From Candidatus Bathyarchaeota archaeon (GTDB lineage: Archaea > Thermoproteota > Bathyarchaeia > Bathyarchaeales > Bathycorpusculaceae), in NCBI GenBank assembly GCA_963775895.1, contig CAVZKL010000027.1:1-64000 (forward strand): 64,000 nt of DNA, in the 5' to 3' direction. A model generated the notes under the pieces. It ran no database searches. It saw nothing but the letters and a program-made list of their open reading frames with translations, and had not been told where the DNA came from. Each line of letters begins with the position of its first letter. Position 1 is the stretch's first letter. The translations under genes and the position numbers were made by a program. This document shows positions 1 through 8,874 of this stretch, piece by piece.

Positions 1-922
1 CCAATCCAGGTGATTATTGCTTGCCTGCGTTTTCTCGAGTTCTGCGATATTCGCTAAGATCAGATAACGTTGATAGCCGTAGTCGTTGATGGCGTCTTTT
101 TGCTGGGTTGTGATGATCTCTAGCTGTCTTTTTTCCTCTTGTAGCTGCAAAATGACCTGCCGCAATTCTTTGACAACGCGCTCGAGGTTTGCCAGTTCAT
201 CTTGTTTTGTCGGCAGCTGTCTCTCGAAATAGGCTACCAATTTCGTGATGGAGCCATGCTTCTTGATGAGGGAGACCATGTGTTTGGGGTTGCCGCCGGC
301 TTCTTTGATGTTGTCGAGTGCTTTGCACACGGTTTCGGCGTCGTTTATGTCTATTCCGTGTCTGCGTAATGCCGCCTTACATTCCAAGAATTCCGAGAGT
401 TCCTTCGGGGTCGTATTGGCTCGTTCAAGAGTCTCGTTGAGCAATCGTCTGTTTGCTTCTGTTTCAAGCTGAAGTTGCGAATTCTCCCGTCTTAGTTCTG
501 GTATTTGCTGCGTGAATGTTTTGAATTCCTTCAGGGTTTCAGGATATTCTTTGCCGGATTGATTTTCGAGCTCTACGAGTTCTGTTGATGCTTGAATCAC
601 TTTTTCTGGTTTGTACCGTGCTTCAGTGGACGCTTTTTCGATGGCTTCGATGGAAATGGGTATCTGTTCGGGGGTTACTCCACGTTCCGCTAGTAGCCGA
701 AGAAGGTTGACTCCTATCAAGGCATCGCCGGGTAGGAGGTTGAGTTTTCGCAGTGCTTTGCTCAGATCTCTGAGGGGTTCGAGGCAGGAGGGTAAAGATT
801 TCAATTTTTCGGTGACGGTTCCCTCACCAACCATCAGAATCCCTGGCTATTTCGTCCCGGGGAAAACCTTGAAACCACATTTCAATAATTTTCGCTTCGA
901 CTTCAGAAGAAATTCTGTTCAA
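1..922 (-). CDS. N-terminal helix-turn-helix plus long coiled-coil protein; runs off the window start; one frameshift near 843
   Basis: Hand translation, not in the ORF track: TTG at 922 gives MNRISSEVEAKIIEMWFQGFPRDEIAR, then after a 1-nt shift ILMVGEGTVTEKLKSLP...LRDLSKALRKL, followed by heptad-rich sequence open to position 1. Confidence 0.65.
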
Positions 923-1069
923 GAATTCCGCCTTCCGATCCTAACTGCGGATAGCCTCGCGCGCGCTAAAAGGTAGGTTAGGCTACTCATAGAGAGGATT
1001 TTCTCTTGAAGGGTTTAAAAGGCTTTGCCTTGTTTCTAGCGCGTGCAGGAGGTTGGGTCGCCGCGAGCA

Positions 1070-1191
1070 CCGTCAGGTCGTCGGATCGTCGAATCCGTCA
1101 GATCCCGTCGAATACGCGTATAACACAGGCGTTTTACAGGGTAAAACACGGGAGACAATTGTAGATAATAGAATAACTGACGACCTGACGG
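1070..1191. repeat. 13-bp perfect inverted repeat with degenerate CGTC-core copies next to the left arm
   Basis: CCGTCAGGTCGTC at 1070-1082 and GACGACCTGACGG at 1179-1191. Confidence 0.8.
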
Positions 1192-1345
1192 AAAATTCGC
1201 GCTTTGTGTTTGCTCTTGAGAAATCCAAGTAATGATGAAGGAAGAATAAAAAAGAGCCTAAAGAGGTGTTTTATTGCACGTTCTCTCGCCAGCGCTAAAT
1301 TAACGTATCCATAAACCTTCACGCTGTTGTAGGAATAAGGTTTTA

Positions 1346-3917
1346 ATGTTTAGTCAGCAGTTCTTTTTGGCGAAGGGAGCGCTTGTGAGAGGCCGGCTTT
1401 TGTTGGTTTTGCTAGTTTTGCTGGTTTGTGGGCTGGTTTTGTTGGCTTCCTTTCGTTTGGGTTTTTTGTTTTCGGGTTCATCTATTGCTGTTTCTTCTGT
1501 TTCTGATTTTGCGCCGAGCATGAGGGTTGTGGGTGGCGCCGACAGGGATCATGATGGAGTTGAGGATGGCTTTCAGCAGGAGATTGCTGCTAGGCTGAGT
1601 AATGGTTCAGGTCAGGAGTTTGCGAATGTTACAGTTATGCTGAGAAGCATACCGACTGCTCCGGACGATGATGCTTTTGTTTCTTCCGGTGGTACTTTGA
1701 CAACCAGCAATTGGAAGTATGCCATTTATGGGTTTGGCGGGCGCATACCCTACAACAAGGTTGGAGTTTTTGTTAAGCAAAACCCTAACGTGTTGTTGGT
1801 TGAGAAGGAAGCTGTTTGTAACGCAAATCTAGCTTACGCGGCCACGCAGGTTGGGGCCAGACCCTACGTGTGGAGTACTCTCGGGCTTCAAGGGGACCAG
1901 AATTCATCGGTTGCAATCATAGACACGGGGATAGACGCCTCTCACCCGGATTTCTCGCCTGGATTCGGCGACCAGAACTTCTCAAAAAAGATCATCGGAT
2001 GGAATGACCAAGTGGGGATAACCACGTCTCCCTACGACGACAATGGACACGGCTCACACTGCTCCGGACTATCTTCCGGAAACGGATTCTTCAGTGTAGA
2101 TGCGTCAGGAAATGCCACTGCAACGTGGGGAGCCAACCTCGGGTCAGTATCCAGTACAGGTACTTACTTCGTAAGCGGAATGATGGTGAACAAAACAGGC
2201 ACCATAACCATCAAAGTGAAATGGGCAACCACTGGCACAGCCACGCTCTCAGCGCTCCCGCTGTACTACGGCGACAAGACCCTCAGTACCTCATCATGGA
2301 CTCCAGTAGCCTCGATAAGCACACCCGGCCAAAACACTTGGTACACGCTGACCTACAACGTAGCTGCAACGCCTTCAGGCGGATACGACATGTACCACGC
2401 GCGAATGACCCTAACGGCTGGAACGGGAAATCTCTACGTGGTATTTACGATGTCATGGCCCTATGCGCCGCCGTCAGATGGTTTTTCAGCATGGACAGGC
2501 ATAGCACCCCAATCGAAACTCGTAGGGGTCAAAGTACTTGACAACTCAGGTTCAGGAACATCAACAGGGCTGATCAGCGGCCTTAACTGGATAATTGCGA
2601 ACAGAATGGCCTATCACATAACCGTTGCCAGCATGAGCTTGGGCTTCAGTTCTGAGGTTAGCACGGTCGACGCGGCTGTGGCGAATTTGGTGAATAGTGG
2701 CGTGAGCACGATCGTTGCGGCTGGCAACAGCGGTTCAGGCGCCAACAACATTTACACTCCTGGCTCGGTGGATGAGGTTTTGACTGTTGCGGCCATGAAC
2801 CAGTTTGACGGTGTCACAAGTTACAGCAGTCAGGGTGGGACTTCGCGGTACACGGGGCAGACTGTGAAGCCGGATGCAACTGCGCCCGGCGGCAGTTTCT
2901 ACGCCGTGCCACTGTTCAGTGCGGACTCCAATTATAATGATGCGGAGGGCGAGTGGCCGGATGCGGTGGCTAATGATGCGGCGCCTATGCAGGGCACGTC
3001 GATGGCTACGCCTATCGTTGCTGGCGCTGCAGAGATTTTAGTGCAGGCGCTTAGGCGGCTACAAAGCGTGGAATTATACGAGAAGTCAGGCTCTGTTGCC
3101 GAAGATGTTGTTGTCGATGACGGCGACTGAGACCTACCCGAACGCTCGGGAGAGTGGCACTTCGCCCACGCTTGAGCGGGGTGGAAAGGATGCGCAGGAA
3201 GGATACGGGCGGGTTAACCTTGATGCTGCCGCGGATGCTGTGTTGAAGAATTATTACGCTGGAACCACGGTTGTGGATTCACTTGGGTCGCCGCCGACGC
3301 TTGGGAATATTACGGTTTTGGGGCAGAGGCTCTGTTGGGCAAGAAATGTTCAGCTGCTTTCGGGCATCGCCTATAATTTCACGCTCACCGTTCCAGCTGG
3401 CGCGGATTTTGACTTGTACCTTTACAATTCGACTGGCACAGCGTATGGAGAGCCTGTTGTTTTGACTAAGAGCACTTCGGCTGCGGCTGGTGCAAATGAG
3501 AGCATCGTGTACACGCCTGTTTTGTCTGGGGAAATATTTTGTTGTTGTGAAGCGTGCCCGAGAGGACACAGGTGGTGGCCAGTTTACATTGACGAGCACG
3601 CCTCGTCAGACTGCTCACCTTCTCCTTAGCGTAGAGCCGAGCCAGGCTGCTTACTCGAGGGGGCAATCAGTGACTTTTGCAGTGACCGTGTTTAACCAGT
3701 TGTTGCCCCTCTCGACGCCACTTTGACTCTGACCGTTACCGGCCCAAACAACTATTACTATTTTGACTTTCAATCTGTAAACGTGTCAGCTAACGCGGTT
3801 AGAGAGTACAGTTTTGATTGGGCTATTCCGAATGTTGCTGGAACATGTGTCGTGGAGGTCAACCTTGTTCCCTCAAAATTGACGGCATACGATGCCGTGT
3901 GGTTGGAGGTAATCTGA
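1346..3917 (+). CDS. Secreted subtilisin-family (S8) serine protease with propeptide, internal insertion domain, PPC-like domain and shared C-terminal beta domain; three frameshifts
   Basis: Hydrophobic N-terminus; catalytic motifs IIDTG, HGSHC, AAGNSG, GTSMATP. ORFs 1346-3130, 3096-3629, 3490-3726 and 3723-3917 join by single-base shifts. Confidence 0.9.
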
Positions 3918-3935
3918 GTTGAATAGGGGCGTGCT

Positions 3936-5784
3936 TCTCGTAGCAATCGAAACGCTGGGATAGAAGATGCTTTCGTAATGGATATATGTCTGCCCTATTC
4001 TTGTATGATTGGAGAAGGGAGAGGTGCCCAAGCGGGTAAACTACAAATTAGCAGTACTGCTTTTGCTGGTCGGTGCGGTGTCTGTTCCATTGATGGTTAG
4101 ATCCAGCTTCACGTACACCGCAGCCTACACGATCTACATCACAAGCACCGGTTTAGTAGTTCCAGACACGGCTCCTATCACTCAAAACGGAAACACGTAC
4201 ACGCTTTACAGCAACATTACGAGCAACCTCCTCGACACAATCGTCGTGCAAAGAAGCAACGTAATACTGGACGGTGCAGGTTTCACCGTTCAAGGAAGCA
4301 TGGTCACGGGCTCGAACGGCATAGACCTCACTCAAACCAATAACGTAACGATACGGAACATGACAATAACATCTTTTCACAATGGAATCTTCCTCAAATC
4401 CTCAATGAACAACCATATCACTGAAGCTAACATTTCCAGCAACAAATACGGGCTTTACCTGCAATCCTCTAATCTCAACCAGATTACTGGAAACAATCTG
4501 ACCCAAAACACGGTGGCTGGAATCTGGCTTGACATCTCCCAGAACAACAACATAGCCAAGAACAGACTGGCCAACACAGTATCAGGCAACTTCGGCGGCA
4601 TCGTACTCCACGACCGGTCAAACAACAACAGCATACTTGACAACAACATAGCATCAAACACACGCTACGGAATGTACATTGAAAACTGCTGGTCAAACCG
4701 CATATACCATAACAACTTCAACAACAATTTCTTACAAGCATATGTCGACCCACTTACGTCCCACTTAAACACGTGGGACAACGCGTATCCTTCTGGCGGA
4801 AACTACTGGAGCGACTACGGCGGAATCGACATCAAAGGTGGGCCGTACCAGAACCTGACGGGAAGCGACGGGATAGGAGACACAGCAAAAATCATTGATT
4901 CTTCTAACATAGACCATTACCCGCTCATGAATCCTTGGGACCCGCCAGAAGCCGAGCTCTACATTGATCCGACTTCCGTGAACAAGAATCCTAGTGACTT
5001 AGGTTCTGCCTTCACTGTAAGCGTTAGAATCGCAAGCGTCACGGATCTGTATGGCTTCGACATGAACATTACTTGGGACAGCACGTTGATAACGTTCCTG
5101 AGCCTCGATAACACGCCTCTCAATGCCGTGTGGCCTCAGGGCTTTTTTGACCTTGGTCCTCAAACCGGCGTTGGCTACGTCAGGTACGTAGCAACTGCGT
5201 TTGGAGGATCCGGTTACACAGGTGTAGGTCCCACAACGCTTTTCACGGTTACGTTTACTGTTGTGAAGGCTGGCAACCTCCAACTGAGCACGCCTATCCA
5301 TTTTTACCAAGTCAAACTCAGCGATTCACATGCAAACTCTATCTCAGCGACACTGACTGACGGGGTGTACAGCATGAGTGCGCGTGCGGTACATCTTCTC
5401 TTGATCGTGGATCCAAATCAAGCGACGTACGTGCCGAATCAGCCGGTAGCCTTTGAGGTGAGTGTACTTAATCAGTTGGATCCGTCTTTAGACTCTGTTT
5501 TGACGTTGACCGTTACTGGTCCTGGCAATTACTATCACTTTGACTTTCAAACGATTGATGTCACTGCGAACGCGGTGGGTGAGTACAGTTTCACTTGGAA
5601 CGTTCCAGCCATCGCTGGAACCTACGTGGTGGAGGTCAGTCTGGTTCCTGCGCAGTTGACGGCTTACGATGCTGTATGGCTGGAGGTAGTCTGAGTTGAA
5701 GAGCCTACACCGGTTCAGGTCAAGGTCGTGTTCATTACAGTGTGTGCGCGGCTCTCGTAGCAGTCGAAACGCTGGGATAGAAGA
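3936..5784 (+). repeat. 32-bp direct repeat in two successive intergenic regions (3936-3967 and 5753-5784)
   Basis: TCTCGTAGCARTCGAAACGCTGGGATAGAAGA, one mismatch between copies. Confidence 0.85.
4009..5694 (+). CDS. Secreted NosD/CASH-type parallel beta-helix protein with cohesin-like domain and shared C-terminal domain
   Basis: Signal-like N-terminus; Asn-rich GIxL..SxNNxI repeats; GGNYWSDY...DGIGD...DHYPLM cap; then LYIDP...FTVSVRI...LYGFDMNITWD...LFTVTF cohesin-like pattern. Confidence 0.85.
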   Translation: MEKGEVPKRVNYKLAVLLLLVGAVSVPLMVRSSFTYTAAYTIYITSTGLVVPDTAPITQNGNTYTLYSNITSNLLDTIVVQRSNVILDGAGFTVQGSMVTGSNGIDLTQTNNVTIRNMTITSFHNGIFLKSSMNNHITEANISSNKYGLYLQSSNLNQITGNNLTQNTVAGIWLDISQNNNIAKNRLANTVSGNFGGIVLHDRSNNNSILDNNIASNTRYGMYIENCWSNRIYHNNFNNNFLQAYVDPLTSHLNTWDNAYPSGGNYWSDYGGIDIKGGPYQNLTGSDGIGDTAKIIDSSNIDHYPLMNPWDPPEAELYIDPTSVNKNPSDLGSAFTVSVRIASVTDLYGFDMNITWDSTLITFLSLDNTPLNAVWPQGFFDLGPQTGVGYVRYVATAFGGSGYTGVGPTTLFTVTFTVVKAGNLQLSTPIHFYQVKLSDSHANSISATLTDGVYSMSARAVHLLLIVDPNQATYVPNQPVAFEVSVLNQLDPSLDSVLTLTVTGPGNYYHFDFQTIDVTANAVGEYSFTWNVPAIAGTYVVEVSLVPAQLTAYDAVWLEVV

Positions 5785-5811
5785 CACTCAAAAAAATGAA
5801 ATAATCTATAT

Positions 5812-6712
5812 ATGTTCGCCCACATTCGTGTACGATTGGTGAAGGACCCGGTGCTCAGGCAAGTAATCTGCAAGTTAGTGTTGGTGCTTTTGCTGGTCGG
5901 CGCTGTGTCTGTTCCATTAATGATTAGATCCTGTTACACGTACACCGCAGCCCGCGCGGACACAGAAACCCAGCTCCTTATTGATCCGGCTTCCGTGAAC
6001 AAGAATCCTAGTGACTGTAGGTTCCACCTTCACTGTAAGCGTTAGAATCGCAAGCGTCACGGATCTGTACGGCTTCGACATGAACATTACTTGGGACAAC
6101 ACGTTGATAACGTTCCTGAGCCTCGATAACACGCCTCTCAATGCCGTGTGGCCTCAGGGCTTTTTTGACCTTGGTCCTCAAACCGGCGCTGGCTACGTCA
6201 GGTACGTAGCAACTGCGTTTGGAGGATCCGGTTACACAGGCGTAGGTCCCACAACGCTTTTCACGGTTACGTTTACTGTTGTGAAGGCTGGCGACTTCCA
6301 ACTGAGCACGCCTATTCATTTCATGCTGGTCAAACTCAGCGATTCACATGCAAACTCTATCTCTGCGACACTGACTGACGGGGTGTACAGCATGAGTGCG
6401 CGTGCGGTACATCTTCTCTTGATCGTGGATCCAAATCAAGCGACGTACGTACCGAATCAGCCAGTAGCCTTTGAGGTGAGCGTGCTTAACCAGTTGAATC
6501 CCTCTTTCGATTCTACTTTGACCCTGACCGTTACGGGGCCAGGCAACTATTACTATTTTGACTTTCAACCTGTAAGCGTGAAGGCTAACGCTGTTGGCGA
6601 GTGCACGTTCACTTGGAATGTTCCAGACGTTGCTGGAACGTACGTGGTGGAGGTTGGTTTGGTGCCGTCGCAGTTGACGGCTTACGATGCAGTATGGTTA
6701 GGAGTGAAGTGA
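5812..6712 (+). CDS. Signal peptide plus cohesin-like domain plus shared C-terminal domain; paralog of 4009-5694 lacking the beta-helix; frameshift near 6015
   Basis: ORFs 5812-6045 and 6011-6712 join; DNA nearly identical to about 4965-5470. Confidence 0.8.
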
Positions 6713-6778
6713 ATTGGACATGAAAAATGTGTTTTCTTGTGTTGAGAACAACGTTATTAAGCATGGGAGGAATTAAAA

Positions 6779-7868
6779 ATGTTGGAGAAGATCAAATTGA
6801 AATTCTCTAAAAGGAGAAAACTGCTCCTAGGAACAGTTGGATTGTTTGTGATTTTAGCGGTTAGCTCAATCGTTTTGTGGCAATCGGGCAAGGTTGCCGA
6901 AGCCGCTGTTCTGGATCCTCATCCCGGACTGGTCGGCTGGTGGCGATTCGATGAAGGAACCGGAACAGTAGCCGGCGAGAGCAGCGGAAACGGAAACAAC
7001 GGCACCATTAACGGCGCAACATGGGTGGCGGGAAATATGGCCAAGCACTCAGCTTCGACGGCGCAAGTAACTATGTTTCGATACCTCACAACTCGGTTCT
7101 CAATTTCGGAACGGGAAGTTTCAGCGTTGCAGTATGGATAAAGACGACCGATACAACCGCAGGCGAACATGTTGTTTTGCGAAAAGATTTGGAAAGTCAG
7201 AGTCCAAGACGGCTCTACAGCATTTTATATTTGGGAGGTAGGGTACAATTTGAAGTCTATGATAGTTCTGCAACTCCAGATGATGCAACCGTAGCGTCTT
7301 CAATTTCGGTTAACGATGGAAACTGGCACTATGTCGTCGGTGTCAAAAACAGTTCAAACTACTACATTTACGTTGACGGCGTACAACAGGGAAGCTACAC
7401 CGAAACCACGCCACACAATGGAGACAACACGGGGACCATAAAGCTGGGACGGTACACAGAATTCCAGGTGGATACTTTGGAGGCGTAATCGATGAGGCCC
7501 AAATTTACAATCGAGCCCTATCCGCAGCCGAGATCCAAACTGGCTATCAACAAAGCCCAGACTTTTCCTCAAACCTTCTGGCTAAAGTACCAAAGGGAAC
7601 AACCGACTTCATAGCCACATTGTCTTGGCAAGGAACCGGAAGCATAAACGTTACGATCCAATCTCCGTCGCAAACCTATACAGAAGATAACGATGCTGCT
7701 GTCTACCAGAAAACAACCTACTCCACTACCGGCGGCACATCTACCATGCTGAACATAAAACGCGTTGAAGTGTCGACCACCGCTCTAGCATCTGACCAAA
7801 ACTGGAACGTCACATTAACGTTTGCCAATACAGTAAACTACCAGATAAGTGTCGAAGTCCAGAAATGA
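6779..7868 (+). CDS. Membrane-anchored or secreted LamG (concanavalin A-like) domain protein; frameshifts
   Basis: GLVGWWRFDEGTG...GNNGTINGATW / GKYGQALSFDG...FSVAVWIKT...DGNWHYVVG...IYVDG; pieces 6779-7141, 7021-7488 and 7620-7868. Confidence 0.85.
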
Positions 7869-7943
7869 GTTACTAACACGTACAAACAACACCAACACTC
7901 TTTCACATATCTAGTTTACACGCTTTAGAAATATAGCGCGCGC

Positions 7944-8051
7944 AGCTACAACACAGTGATTTTCAGCCAATAAAGTAGTCATTCTTCCCAACTTACATCC
8001 TATTTCAAGGCAAATACCATCCGATGTAGACGCTGCCCATGTTGTTCTCAT
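7944..8051 (-). pseudogene. Class I SAM methyltransferase fragment between two GCGCGCGC tracts
   Basis: Hand translation MRTTWAASTSDGICLEIGCKLGRMTTLLAENHCVVA resembles motif I (LEIGCGxG) leading toward motif II. Confidence 0.5.
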
Positions 8052-8076
8052 GGTAGCGCGCGCTCTCACCCGTTTA

Positions 8077-8874
8077 TTAAACGCAAACCACTATGAAGTC
8101 TAAACAATCTTCTGATGGATTTTCACATACCTCATAAAATGTATCCTCATCCATTTTAAAGAGATAGCGCCCGAAAACCTTTCTTATTTTCAGGGGGCTT
8201 AAGTCTAACAATGATCGAAGGCGCAGATTCCCTATAAATGCTTCCAATTTTTCAGCTCGATTGCCGAGATCTTTAATCTGAGCAGTTGGATAAACGCCAA
8301 ACATTTTCACCTCTTGGAAAACTTTTTGAAGCAAGACTTGCAAATCTTTTAAGTAAAACTCTCTCGTATGAAATGGATTCCTACCAGCGGCATAATATGT
8401 TTTTTTGTTCGGTGTTGAGACGATGAACATCTTGGACATCCTGTGCACTTCAGATAAGTAATTGTCGAGATTTTCTATGTGTTCTATTACCTGAAATGAT
8501 ATGACACAATCGAAACCATTATCCTTGAAAGCTAATTGTGAACCATCCATTGTTCCGTATTGCAGGTTCTCATTGAAATATTGACCCTTACAATACTTTA
8601 TGGCTTCTTTCGATATGTCAACTCCAATAATGTACTTAGCGCCTTTTGTTGATAAATAGTATGTTCCGTAGCCAGAACCGCAGCCCAGATCAAGTACGAC
8701 TTTGTTATTTACGTATGGAACCGCAAATTTATACGCGCACATGTGCCCAACCCAAGGCGCATCAAAATATGACAACTTTTCTTTTCTTAATTCCTCTTTC
8801 GATACAAGACTTCTTTCACTGGCTCTTTCCTCTCTCCTTTTTGTCTTTATAGGAGATTTTGACTCAGATTTCAT
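8077..8874 (-). CDS. Class I SAM-dependent methyltransferase
   Basis: VLDLGCGSGYG, GVDIS, FDCVISFQVIEH, STPN. Confidence 0.9.
   Translation of the reverse strand: MKSESKSPIKTKRREERASERSLVSKEELRKEKLSYFDAPWVGHMCAYKFAVPYVNNKVVLDLGCGSGYGTYYLSTKGAKYIIGVDISKEAIKYCKGQYFNENLQYGTMDGSQLAFKDNGFDCVISFQVIEHIENLDNYLSEVHRMSKMFIVSTPNKKTYYAAGRNPFHTREFYLKDLQVLLQKVFQEVKMFGVYPTAQIKDLGNRAEKLEAFIGNLRLRSLLDLSPLKIRKVFGRYLFKMDEDTFYEVCENPSEDCLDFIVVCV

Noticed and set aside
245-976. + strand ORFs 245-472 and 611-976
   Set aside because: They are antisense to the more convincing - strand HTH/coiled-coil frame.
4965-6490. Diversity-generating retroelement template/variable repeat pair
   Set aside because: Differences between copies are not adenine-specific, both copies are coding, and no reverse transcriptase is present.
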